DNA of 56,630 nucleotides from Girardia tigrina (Eukaryota): NCBI GenBank assembly GCA_001938485.1, contig MQRK01228361.1, positions 1 to 56,630 of the forward strand, read 5' to 3'. Shown piece by piece: positions 13,250 to 26,033 of this stretch (position 1 is its first letter; each line of letters starts with the position of its first letter). The notes under the pieces were generated by a model. It saw only the letters and a program-made list of their open reading frames with translations, ran no database searches and was not told where the DNA came from. The position numbers and the translations under genes were made by a program.

Positions 13250-13880
13250 CATTTTGAAACATTGTTTTAACTTTTGTACACAATTATTAAATTGCATTTT
13301 TCCATTACTCGCTCTATCTAAGCCAATACCCAGAGAATTATTGGAATCAAGTCAAATTCCATAAAAGATTGAATTAGAGTCTGAGATAAAGTTATTCGAC
13401 TGGTGTAACAGACAGCTAAACATTTCAGGAAACCTTCAATGAATAATAAATATGTAGTAAACATGATTGAAATATCTAATGTTTTTCGACAATTTTACGA
13501 TTCCAAATATATCTGTTGATTCATCTATTGTATAAGGACAAAAAATAAAAAATCTTATAAGTTTTAATATTTAACACTACAACACTAGGAAAACAATTCT
13601 AAAACTCTCCTGTCATTTTGCTTGAACAGATAATTCTTACAAAGTAACGTTTATTTCCAATTTTTATTTTAGATATCATCTTTGATGACAATAAATAAAC
13701 TGCAAAAGGTAAAATATTTGCTCTTTTAGTTCTTCTTTTCTCAGAAAGCATTGCATTTTGAAAAATCGCTCCAAAAGACAATAAAAGTAAAATGATAACA
13801 AAAATATCAAAGTGAATCACAAACACTGCAAATTTAAATGAATAATTTGGTCTGGCTAACTGTGCATATTCCATAGATAG
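13250..13880 (-). pseudogene. hAT transposase fragment
   Basis: The minus strand reads IDESTDIFG near 13500-13530 and SLGIGLDRASNG near 13300-13340, matching hAT catalytic-region motifs. Multiple stops. Confidence 0.6.
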
Positions 13881-14684
13881 CTTGGTGACATTGGGTCAAA
13901 TGTAATTTGACTAGTTATGACAAGTATGACACTAATCAAGCTTGCTTAATGGTTCAGTTTTTCCATCGATCCCTTCTGCTGCAGCTTCATTTATCGGAAT
14001 TAATCCAAGTATTCGTTCAACTATCTCCAAAATGAAAGCCTTTCAAGATACCTTGCTTTTCGAACCTTCGCGATAAACAATCCATGTGTTGATGGCAGCT
14101 ATATCTAGTAAATTATATCACACTACCATTGGTCAAAGTTTTGTTGAAAACTTTGTTGAGTACAGATGACCCTTTGCATCCACAATGTCGACACTTAATT
14201 TGTTTGCATTATAGAAGTAACTGACATCCGGATTTTACTTCTCAGTTAAATCGTGATATAAAGAGGAATGCATGGTTGAAAGAAGCCAAACAGATCGGTT
14301 CTTCTTGCAGTGACCTTTCATGAAACTTAACCCTAACTTCCTCATTCCAAAGAAACAGCTATTTAAAACTTGTTTATTATCAGTCATCACTGGCTTCAAC
14401 GATGAAATTTCTTTACGATTATTGAGAACAGTAGCCACAATTGTTTTCTGAATACTTCTTAGCCTCTGCTAATGGAAGTAAGGTGAAAAGACTGTCGGTT
14501 GTGATATTGTTTCCACGATTTTTCAAAGGCTCAATGAGGCGTAGGACAACACCTTCACGAAAAGGACTTTCATAGCTCGAATAAAATTCTTCTTTACTCA
14601 AATAAGGAATGATATTGTAAACAAACTTGGTAATTATATCCACAAGGATCCAGTACTTCAATCTACATTATTCGATTTATTGCC

Positions 14685-16262
14685 TGTTGTGTTGTTAAAT
14701 TTGCTAAATTAGTTAAATTTGGAATATTAGTGAAATGGTAAAAATTAGAAAGTATTTGTAAGAAGTGTGTATTACTTAAATTAAAAATATTATTTTTAAT
14801 TATAAAAAAAAGATATTTTAAAATAAATAATGTTGGTTTAATAATCCTAATTATCAAATAATAAAATTTTCGTGTTTTGTTGTTTTTAATAGTCGATGGA
14901 TGAAATTAACAATGGTGTCAGAACTGGTTTACTTGATTGCAACCAAGTCTCTTCGAAACTGCCGCAATACTTCGATGCGGCGAACATGTGGTTTCGATAA
15001 GTCGAGGCCGTTTTCAAATTGTCAAAGATCTCCAGCGAAACAATAAAGTTTCTTCACGTCACTGCCAGCCTTCCACCAGCCATTCTCATGGAATATCAAG
15101 ACTACTTTGAAACCCAATCGGCAACACCCTACACGGATCTCCAAAAAGCAATAATCTATAGTCACAGACAACCATCATCATTTCACTTTGATGCACTGTT
15201 CTCCGCTAACAGCCTGAGCTACCGAGCATCTGAGGATCCTACAGCGTCATCGTGCTCAACTCGGACCGACTTCCAAGGACAATCAAATTCTATGGAACGC
15301 CTTTCGGTGGGCTCTTCCATTGACGTCCAGAAACACCTCATTGCGAATTGGAACCAAAACATATCACAGCTAGCCTCACTCGCTGATGACCTACTCAGGG
15401 TTAAACAACCAAACTGCATAAATGTTACGGAAAAAATCCTTTCCTAGCACAAATTAAGAAACTCATGGGTGAAATAAATTAACTCAAAAGTAGAATCGAT
15501 AGTAGCAAAAATCAAGATCAGACCGTCATGTGCTAATTCCAGTTCACAGGGATACAAAAAATTCAAGTTAAGCTTTATCCTGGCCGACATCCAGAGACCG
15601 ATTTTAGGATCAGACTTCGTTGCTCACGAGGACATCAATGTCGACTGCAAAAGGAATCAAATCTCAACAAAAAACCACACTATCTCTGGATCAGCTAAGA
15701 CATGCCCCAGCGTCACGCCCTCAGCAACCGAAGTTACACCGGCATTGATGATAGAAACAAACGGTCCTACAATCCAAACCGAGAAGAATTGGGAAACACA
15801 TCCTGAGCATGATCCGCGAGGAATTCGATCACCTATTAGCAGAAGGCACAATCAGAAGGAGCACGAGGTCCTGGTCTTCACCTTTAGTGCTCGTCAAGAA
15901 ACACAGCGGGAGCTACCATCCTTGCGGTGACTATAGGCTTTTAAATTCTGCAACACTACCGGACAGCTACCCTCATCCCAGAATGTCAGACATCCTGAAT
16001 CGAAAATCTGGGAAAACAGTTTTTCAATGCTAGATCTAATGAAAGCGTTTCACCAAATTCCGATTCTTTAGGCAGACATTCACAAGGTGGCCGTAACGAC
16101 CCCCTTCTGGCTACTCGAATACACCATCATGCCTTTTGGCTTGCGCAATGCATCCCAGATGTTTCAAGGATACATAGATGCTTTACTTCACGGCACTGAA
16201 GCATTCACAGCCTGCTACATTGATGACATCATCATATTTTAAGACTCACTCGAGCAACATGA
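14685..16262 (+). mobile_element. Ty3/Gypsy LTR retrotransposon, 3'-truncated (5' LTR, PBS, gag, partial PR and RT)
   Basis: LTR TGTTGTG...TAACA at 14685-14911 and PBS tggtgtcagaa at 14913. Gag-like ORF 15019-15447. RT motifs WSSPLVLVKK, CGDYRLLN, PFGLRNA and YIDDI near 16216. Confidence 0.92.
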
Positions 16263-16327
16263 TAAAACAATTAAATTAAACAATAAAAATATATATAACG
16301 ATATTAGTGTTAATTATACATTATACA

Positions 16328-16766
16328 TATTAAGAACACCAATTTGACTTTTTATATTTTTATTTAAACAAAAATTTTGATTGTCCTTAAGACAATCTTT
16401 GTCAAAACTTTCGTACATTTGTATTCTAAACGAAATTGATTAATGAATTAATTCTCATTATTTTTTTAGTAAATGGGGAAATAATTATTTTATTAAAATA
16501 TTTACTCAAAACTTATTGGATAATAATTAAAATGATTATTTATTATTTAAAAAATATTAATTTGATTTATTTGTTAAATATTATAAAAATTAATTAACTT
16601 ATTCAAAATTTTAAAATTATTTGAAATTAAAAATAAATTTAAACATTACATATTTTTAGATAATAAGAATTAAAATATTAATCATCCATCTGGGTAGGAG
16701 AGACACATTTCCAAATCAACATACACATTCAAACACAAAACATCAAACATTCAAATATTCCTCACA
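16328..16766 (-). repeat. Solo LTR
   Basis: Starts TGTGAGGAAT on the minus strand. The other end is tattaag (TG mutated to TA). 5-bp TSD ataca at 16323-16327 and 16767-16771. Confidence 0.65.
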
Positions 16767-18665
16767 ATACATTTAACTATATGTTCGTTATTTAACTTTA
16801 TCGAACATAAAAACTGTGAATGGGTACTTAAATTTGTATGGAAGAAGTTACTCATCAAGTTTTAGGGAAAAGTAAGGAACATAGACAGCTTTGATATTGT
16901 AGACGAAGCAATCATAAATTTATCTGATTTTGAAGAAGCGATGAGACTGCAATCTTTCACTTTTGTTGCTCCTTATACCATGTTATTGAGTTCACAGAAA
17001 ATGCTCCGAATAAATTCCACTAGCATATCGAAAATCAATAAATATTTCTAAGACATTGATTGACAGCCTCTAACGCGGATCGTTCTCCTACCCAAGAGAT
17101 TTTGTATATTAACGAAGTTTGTTCAACATTCCATCGTCAATAAATAACTTCTACGAATCACGGGGTGTTTGAACTGAATTTTTTATAGATTGCTTTGTTC
17201 CACTCTTCTCTTGAAATATATTTGCACTTAATGAGTGTTTTACTGAAATCCATGTGGACGAATCATCACTTACACAAAACTCGTCATCAACTACACTTTC
17301 GTCGGAAGTTGAAACGAGTTTTTATTACATAAGTCAGAAGAAGAGTATTCCGAGTCTGAATAGGTTTTGTCTCCCTCAGTAGATAAATTAGTTCTCACAG
17401 AAAACGAAAATAGAAAACTGCTTCTTAAGAGGAGACCTCTACCGGCTCCAATGATACTTTTTTCAAATTTCGAAAAGAATTTCATTGCTTATGACGAATA
17501 TTTTATTGACAACAAAAGAGCGAGAGTGTAAAATATTAATATTATTAACAGTTTTGGACAAAATATAGGTTTCTACGAGCATAAAAAATGTAGTCTAAAT
17601 TAGACCTAAATTTTTTTCATTTATATTCTATCTAAGATTTTCTTCCTTAATTAACTGCTTTAATGCATCTTTTTCTTCATTTTAAAAATCAAACAAATGT
17701 TTGCAGATTCCTGAACGATTAAATCATAGAAATTTATAGTTTCATTACTTTCTAATATTTCTTTAGCTTGTTTTCCCCTCACAATGGCTTATAAATTTAT
17801 CGTAAATTTTGTTTTGATTTAAGTAAAGATATATTTTATAACAAAACAAGCCACTCCAATTCTTGTGGTCACTTAAGCTTAAAATTAATATTATAATCAA
17901 ATTCTGTAAAATTTAAATTGGCCTCATGTTTCCTATAATTCTCTAAAAGTTCGAACTTTCAAAGATCAGTAGTGTTGTGTTTACACTCTTATGTCAAAAC
18001 ATGAATTCAAAGTTTCTTTTCGTCTACCACCATATTGCTCACTGTTTCATTCAGAACATAGAGCTACTGCAATCTCATTATTTACATTTTTAGACATTTA
18101 TAAAGCTATTTTTCATTTATTTTATTAGTTTAAATAATTTTTAAAAAATTCAAGGCTTTATTCGGAACTAATTTAGGTTTTCTATTTTAGTTACTTCAAT
18201 TTTTTTGTGTTAAAACTTCAGGCTAAAATTTTGTGATAATGTTATTTTTAAAAATTGGTTCCTTTACTTTAAATTCGTTCGATCTCGTTAGAAACTCATT
18301 GAAATCAATTCATGTGTTTCCAGTATTTAAGTCACTTACCATTTCCCAATTGAGTAAAGTTTCCACTCATCTTAATATACCTGGTTCGCAAAATGACAAA
18401 GCAGTTGTTTTTAATTTTTCAGCAGATTTCTTTATTTTTACCAAATTATGATTTGTAAATTAAGTAAAATGTTTGCGAGGTTCACACTTTAAAGATATTT
18501 TTTATTTAAGAATCCTTAACAGTTTTATCTAGTGAAGTTACCATTAACTGTATATTTCATTTTTATTTCAGATAACATCAAAAGAAAATTAAGAGTGTTT
18601 CTAATTAGGAAATGCGTTTTACACTTCAAAATTTTATCTCAGATACCTTTTATATTATGCATGTA

Positions 18666-19873
18666 TTAGGGGTACCCAAATGTTATGTCGTTTTTTTTAT
18701 ATATTTTTCTAAATCGTTTAACTGCCGCCTACATTATTTTGACTCTACCATTTTTATTTATTAATTTCAGTTAGTGTATTAACTTTGNNNNNNNNNNATT
18801 TTTAGATAAAATGTCATATGATTTTATTGATGAAATAGACAAATTGGATGAGTCACATTTGCGTCATTGTATACTTTTTCAATTTGACCGCGGTTTAAAG
18901 GCAACAGAGGCCACCTATGGCTTAAATAAAGTATATCCGAAATCTCTGACTGTGCGCAAATGTCAGCGATGGTTTGCCAAATTCAAGGGAGGCAAGAAAG
19001 ATTTAGAAGATGATTTTAAAAATGGCCGACCGTCACATTTAGATGAGAAACAATTATTGGTTATAGTGGAGGAGGATCCAACTCAATCCATTGAGGAAAT
19101 ATCGTGCAGATTGGGAGCTACCTGGTCTACAGTTCAGCGTCATCTTAAAGTTATTGGAAANNNNNNNNNNNNNNNNNNNNNNNNNNNNNNNNNNNNNNNN
19201 NNNNNNNNNNNNNNNNNNNNNNNNNNNNNNNNNNNNNNNNNNNNNNNNNNNNNNNNNNNNNNNNNNNNNNNNNNNNNNNNNNNNNNNNNNNNNNNNNNNN
19301 NNNNNNNNNNNNNNNNNNNNNNNNNNNNNNNNNNNNNNNNNNNNNNNNNNNNNNNNNNNNNNNNNNNNNNNNNNNNNNNNNNNNNNNNNNNNNNNNNNNN
19401 NNNNNNNNNNNNNNNNNNNNNNNNNNNNNNNNNNNNNNNNNNNNNNNNNNNNNNNNNNNNNNNNNNNNNNNNNNNNNNNNNNNNNNNNNNNNNNNNNNNN
19501 NNNNNNNNNNNNNNNNNNNNNNNNNNNNNNNNNNNNNNNNNNNNNNNNNNNNNNNNNNNNNNNNNNNNNNNNNNNNNNNNNNNNNNNNNNNNNNNNNNNN
19601 NNNNNNNNNNNNNNNNNNNNNNNNNNNNNNNNNNNNNNNNNNNNNNNNNNNNNNNNNNNNNNNNNNNNNNNNNNNNNNNNNNNNNNNNNNNNNNNNNNNN
19701 NNNNNNNNNNNNNNNNNNNNNNNNNNNNNNNNNNNNNNNNNNNNNNNNNNNNNNNNNNNNAAGGTCATCGATTGCGATGGGGACTATTTTTCTGATTAAA
19801 TAAATGTTTTATATGGTTTTATTTTTGTTTCTAAAAATCAATAAAAAACGACATAACATTTGGGTACCCCTAA
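18666..19873 (+). mobile_element. mariner transposon, full length and probably young (interior is an N-gap)
   Basis: Perfect TIRs ttaggggtacccaaatgttatgtcgtttttt flanked by TA. The ORF from 18811 encodes a mariner HTH (LRHCILFQFDRG.KATEA...CQRWFAKF...GRP). Confidence 0.93.
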
Positions 19874-22759
19874 TATAACTTACTGGTTCCAAAAGTAAAT
19901 AAGCGTCATTTATTCACATATTGGTAAACATTTTTTATCACTATTCATAATTTTATAAATAGCAAGTCAACAAAAAATTTGGATTTGGAACGCTGAAAAT
20001 ACAAGTTCAGGCAAGCATATATATATTTGATACATAAGTCTAAATTTTGATAAAATTCATAAAATATTTAATTATATACTTTAGTTCACCAAATGAATGA
20101 AAATCATGAAGGCCATAATAAAATTTAGTAGAAACTATTTCCGTTGATGTACGCATAAATTTCACAATACAAAAAAAATTCAAAATAAAACTTCTTTTCA
20201 AATTTAATAATAAATTAATAAAAAATAGAAATTTTCGTTTTTTTCAAACATCGCTTAAATATTCAGATTAGTTGTACCAGAGATGCTGGAGAAGAAAAAT
20301 CACAATTTCGGAAAAAGAGAATTATCATCAGGTTTCGATCAATATTAGCCGGGGGAAATTTCCATGAAATTCAGATCGACTCGTTGACTCAGAATAATTG
20401 TAATTTTTGGGAGAATAAAATTCAATTCCTACAAAATTCCCTAAGATTGAAATAATGATAAAGAAAATTTTTCATAAAGGGAACTGTAGTCTAAATGATC
20501 ATTTGTCAGTGTAAATTTTAACCAATTTCGATTTGTTTTAGACTTCTGTTTCTCTACAGATACCACCAAAACCTCATTGTTTTGGAACAACCAACCGACT
20601 TGATTTTTGCACCGTGAAAAAAAACTCATCTATTTAGACCTCCAATTATCAGTAGAGTAACCAGTAATGTATTTGCACAGACCTCACGAAGAGACATGTG
20701 CTAGTCAACGACACTGCTTTCGCAAATATCTAGTTCATTTTCGCAGAAATTAATACTTAAATTAATCCAATAATGTATACACTTGAATCTTCATTCGTAC
20801 AATGGATTAATTTCCAATAAAGTAATCTTTAATAATTACGCCAGTGTAGAATTACATCAAAAAGTGTTTATGATCAAACGTACTGAGTATGAAGCACCTT
20901 AAAAAAATAATTTACTACTATTTGATTATTTCCAATCTCGCATTCACATCGTAGATAAATTAGAGGAAGAGCTCCACCAGAAGTTATATAATTATTTTCG
21001 CAGTGAATAAATAAAACAGCTGCACACTCATTCCGTTGAACATTTAAACATTATGATTCCGTCTTTAATGAGTTATTTATTATAAACATATGTGATAATT
21101 GGGTATTTATTTTCCTTTGATTTTCCCTAAACATTTAACGATTCTCCAAAAACAATATTTTGAAAATAAATTTTTTTCTCAATAATTAACTTAGCAAAAT
21201 AATCATAAAGGCGCTGATTACTTAAACCAGTTTTACAATCCTGACAATTGTGTAATTTGTCTCAGGTGTGTCGAACATGAACTATTTGATAACGAAAACA
21301 TGAAATTTGATAATCCCTACAAAATGATAAATATTCGATAACACTAAAGTAGAAATAGAAATACTGAGAAAAAACAAAACGAATGACAAGGATGATGTAT
21401 TACAAAAAAAATCTAAAGACCCTGTTTTTTATTTTCTTTTTTTCAGTGGATTCATGATAAATTTATTTAGGAATATTCGAATATTATATAACCAAAAATG
21501 TAGGGCGCATTTCCAAATCAACAGATGAGATGACACATAATTTTAGTATTAAAAATTTTAGCTTTGAGAGTGATAAAAATGATCAATTTTTCAATGTATG
21601 GTAGTAATGTATAGTTTCTTATTTACTCCACGTTTTTGATTATTGAATTTCCACATTGGTCGAAAAAATATATATCCCCTTTTAGTCTTTTAGTGATACG
21701 AGAAAAATGTCATTTTTTATAAAGTTTTCTATATATTTTAAAAATGTATCTATTTTTTAGTTTTCTTTTTTTGAAAAAAACAATTAAGTACGTGTTTCAG
21801 TAAACACAGCGCTCACGGATTCTGCAATGGAAAACCGTGGACATTAAAGATTAACTGAAATTTGGGGATGACGGATTTTTTCCGTAGGTTTCCTGCAAAT
21901 CGGAGTCAATTTGAAATGGGACTGTGTCGATTTCCGGAATTCGTTTCATAGTCGATAGCTATTTTCTACAATTTGGTGGAGATTTGTCCAATCGAGTCGA
22001 TTTTGGTGAGAAATGGTCGGGTAGAAAAATAATTTTTTGAATTATTAAAAAGTTTGAGTTATAAAATAACATATTTACAAATTAACAGTTCTCATTTATT
22101 AAAAATTATTCTAAATCGTTATTTTTTTCAGAATAAAAAAATTACTTTTTCCTGAAATTTTAACCGAAGATTAATAATCAAATGCAATCACATATAATAA
22201 TCCGACACCTAAACTTTATGACACAAATAATGATACATGAAAGTTCCTCCGTATTGGCTTTAAATGTCGGATTTATTTTATACTTAATGCTGGTTCCCGG
22301 TCGATATGCAAAAATTTTCTAATTTATAAATTAAATTACACCAATTGATTTGCCCTAGATAACCATGAATATCGCCATTTCCATGATAAATCTACTCCTA
22401 ACAGCGTGGTTACTATTGAATAGTATGCGAGCAGCTATTCTAATTACTATCGGTCATCCTGTTCGTGCTGCGTATATTTCTTAGTGCATTCTTTGTATTA
22501 TTTTGTATTTCGATACTAACAGACGTCTCTAGAATCTGTCACTGTCCATTTTGTTTTGTAACATTTCAATCATCATAGCAATAATTAGCACTACACCCAT
22601 TTTAGATTATAAGATACGGTCAAAGTCATGTAATACGGAATCGTGGGGACCAAGAAAATTAATCCGGATTAGACAAATTTGATTGTAGATATTTAGTGTG
22701 GTAAACAATAATTTGCATTTTATTCAATAGATGTGTGTTAAAGCATTTTTTAAAAATTC

Positions 22760-22808
22760 AACGTTGGACATGTTTTAATCATAATTTCTGATCATCTTCA
22801 GCAACTTT
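22760..22808 (-). ncRNA. Minimal type-I hammerhead ribozyme motif in a Penelope pLTR (degenerate)
   Basis: The minus strand reads aaagttg CTGAAGA t gatca-gaaatta-tgatt AAAAC at GTC caacgtt. This gives helix I, core CUGANGA, helix II, palindromic ACATGT stem III and a GUC site, but GAAA is mutated to AAAA. The inverted copy at 27638-27666 retains tgatc-gaa but has CAGAAGA. Confidence 0.65.
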
Positions 22809-23128
22809 ATGTGTGTTGTATTGATTTTAATAATTGAAATCATTTTTAAAGTATATGTGGTAACAAAATAATTTTAATTAATATTAAAGTTTAATTTTAT
22901 TGGTTAATATCTATATTAATTTTATTTTTTTATTTTAAATAAACATTAATTTAATTTATTTAAAGATATTTAATATTGAGGCAACTTTACATTTCCCATT
23001 TTAGATATTGATCAATGGGTTATAGTGTCTTATTAGTAGGGCCACTTTTTTTCGCGACCCGAAGACACATTTTTCACGATCCACGAATGTAAATTTCGCG
23101 ACTTTTCGCGATTATATATGAATATATA

Positions 23129-24414
23129 TTACCGTGAACCAAAAGGCTTTTCGTATTTTCTACGTCTTTTTGTTCAATTGTTTCTTATTACCAAATAAAG
23201 ATATTTTATATACATGTGATATATGTTTTTAAAGCTCTTGAACTGCTCTATCACAATATATATTAAAACTTCTAATTTTTCGTTAATATAATTTTTATGG
23301 TCTTTTAGAAAAATCATGGAAAATTTTGAAATTCGTGTTCTTTTATGCCATTACTGGAAACAGGACTTAAACGCAACTGCAGCAACAAAGAAGATATGCA
23401 AAGTTGAAGGCGATAATGTGGTCTCAAATCTTACTGCACGAAATTGGTTCAAAAGGTTCAACGAAGGCGACATTGAACTCGGAGACAATGCACGTTCAGG
23501 CCGACCTATCACCGTAGATTCCGGAGCAATTCGTGAAGCCGTCGAGACAAATCTGTCAATAAGTACTCGCAGATTGTCGGTCAAACTCGATATTCCTCAA
23601 GCATCCATTGTACGACACCTTCACGCTCTTGGCAAGGTCAATAGACGATGTCGAGAAGTGCCTCATGAATTGACACAAATTCAAGCCGAAAAGCGTTTCG
23701 AAACTTGTCAAAAATTGCTTGAAAATCCATGCGATGACCGTTTCATCCGTCGAATTGTAACTTGCGATGAAAAGTGGGTTTACTTCAGTAATCCAGATCA
23801 ACAAAATCAATGGTTGGACCTCGGACAAATGGCGAAACCGGTAGCGAAACGAGATCGTTTCTCAAGGAAGGCACTTTTGTATGTTTGGTGGAATTTCGAA
23901 GGCGTGATTCACTTTGAGTTGGTTCCAAATGGTCGTACCATCGACGCTGACCTTTACTGTCCCCAACTTGATCGAATGTATGCGGCACTTGGCGAGAAAT
24001 ACCCCGCTTTGATCAATCGAAAGCAAGTTCTTCTACAACAGGACAATGCAAAACCGCACACCGGCAAACAAACAAAGGAAAAAATAAAAATCTCGACGCC
24101 TTTGAATTTCTTCCACACCCAGCGTATAGTCCGGATCTTGCGCCATTCGACTATCACCTTTTCCGCTCTATGGCACACTTTCTTCGTGGTCGCAGCTTCA
24201 ATAATCTGGCCGAGGTGGAAAACGGGTGTCACCAGTTCTTCGCTTCTAAGAACAAGGATTGGTACCGCAGCGGGATCGCACAACTTGCCCATAGATAGGT
24301 TCAAGCTATAGATTCAAATGGCATTTACTTTGAAACTTAAATGTTTTTTATTTGTTGTAAAATTATGTTTAAATTTTTAATAAAAAATACGAAAAGACTT
24401 TTGATTCACCCTAA
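23129..24414 (+). mobile_element. mariner (DD34D) transposon, near-complete transposase with a late frameshift
   Basis: Imperfect TIRs ttaccgtgaaccaaaaggcttttcgtatttt and aaaatacgaaaagacttttgattcaccctaa, with TA flanks. ORF 23316-24311 contains TCDEKW and QQDNAKPH. HPAYSPDLAPFDY follows in a shifted frame after about 24090. Confidence 0.95.
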
Positions 24415-24639
24415 TATTTATAAATTTATAATATTATTATAAATTTACAATTACGATTTTTAACACCGAAAAAAGTTTATTGAAATTGCATTTTAAAATA
24501 ATTTGACACAGTTAAAATTATAATCATGTAAAAGGAAATTAAAATCGTTACAGAATGTAAATGTTATCATGGAAATAGCGATATTCATGGTTATCTAGGG
24601 CAAATCAATTGGTGTAATTTAATTTATAAATTAGTAAAT

Positions 24640-26033
24640 TTTTGCATTTCAATTTGGATATTTTATATTTGAATTTGGACTTTTAATATTTCTTAAAAGA
24701 AAGAAAATAAATTAAACAAACAAAAAATAAAAGTATATTTTACATATTACATTACATATTTTACATTTACATATGTATTATTCCACAATTTCCATTTTTA
24801 TTCTTGATTCATTAATGTAAAACATTTTAGTAAAATAGTTCTCACAATCTCTGACGGTTACAATTTCAAATCCATTCTTAATACCACTTAACAAATCTTC
24901 CTCATTATTACATGTCAGTGACTTTACATGCCCTTCCAACTTTGAAAAGCTATTTTCAATTGGCTTTAACAAGGGGCTATACGGCGGCAAAAACAGTAAA
25001 ATAAAACACGCAGCTTCCACCAATTCTCTAATGTTCCTCACTTTGTTGATGGAAGCATTGTCAGTGATAAAAATAAACTTCTCATTCTCATGTTCCGTTT
25101 TCAGTCAATCAATTAAACCTTCCAAAAATTCTCTAAAATCCGTTGCTCTGAATGCACAGTCTATGATATCATACTTAATCTACCCTAGACACGCCAAAGT
25201 AGCACATACACTAAAGTTTCGTGATCTAATTGCCGGAACTATCACATTTGCAGGTCTTCCACGTTCTGACCAACCTTTATTTCACCTCATAGATATGCGA
25301 AATCCTGATTCGTCGATAAAAATGAAGTTTGGCCTTGTATGCTCTCCTGTCAATCTATCGAATTCTTAGGTATAATCATACCTTTTTTGAATAGCTTCAT
25401 CCGTATTTCTGGTTTCTGGAACCGGAGAAGTTTCCTTTATCAAAAAATTAATGAGGTCTAAATTGGCTTTTATTGCACTTAAGCACAACCGTACATTAAA
25501 CCTTTCAAAAATTTTCTCATGAAGGTATTTTAATTTACGTGTACATTGCTCATTTAAAAGCTTTTTCATTAGCATTCTCATTTCTGCTGTACATTTAATA
25601 TTGTGCGCACCACCCTTAGCCAAAACACCAGTTGAGCCTGTTTCTACAAACCTTTTAATTGTGTTCTTAATCGTAGAATTAGGCACTGAAAGGTTTGAAG
25701 CAATTTGTGGAACACTGTGATTATTTGGGTAAAGGCGAATTACACTATTTCTGATCTATAAACGATGTTTTCCGTAAGTAACCCTCCTTCCGCTTTGTCT
25801 ATTCTCCTCGGATTCGTGCTCGTTATTCTCTGACATTTGGGTAAATTCAAGTTAAAAATAGTTTATTTGATGTATAATGAAATTTGAAACAATTTATTTT
25901 TATTGCTTTAAAGACGAAGGCTTAAATTGAAATATTAAATATTAAAAGTCCAAATTGAAATGCAAAAATAAAAATTTTAATCCTCATGGCCCAAATTGAA
26001 ATGCAAAAGGCCCAAATAGAAATGAAAACCCTG
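24640..26033 (-). mobile_element. Tc1/IS630-like (DDE) transposon pseudogene, left TIR truncated
   Basis: CDS from about 25836 to 24778 contains FIDESGF, ITDNAS and PPYSPLLKPIEN. Right end is ccctg|ta at 26033. Subterminal ttttgcatttcaatttgg repeats occur at both ends. Confidence 0.88.

Larger units (their letters stand above)
13900..17480 (-). mobile_element. piggyBac transposase pseudogene interrupted at 14685-16770 by a Gypsy element and a solo LTR
   Basis: 14419-14661 reads KYWILVD...YLSKE...VVLRLIEPL..RGNNITTDSLFT, and 14235-14438 contains KNRSVWLLSTMH. The N-terminal half at 16790-17400 reads TPRDS*KLFIDD...LDE*LLPYKFKYPFTVFM. A Cys-rich remnant lies near 13900-13930. Confidence 0.85.

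Noticed and set aside
20280-21050. Possible BTB/Kelch-like pseudogene (LLIIGG, GFGG on the minus strand)
   Set aside because: Many stops and only short, low-information motifs. It cannot be supported without a profile search.
23351-24304. Antisense or overlapping ORFs on transposases (also 5250-5553, 15219-15419, 25031-25369, 37384-37617, 39490-39982, 54290-54589)
   Set aside because: Shadow frames of recognisable transposon genes with no independent motifs.
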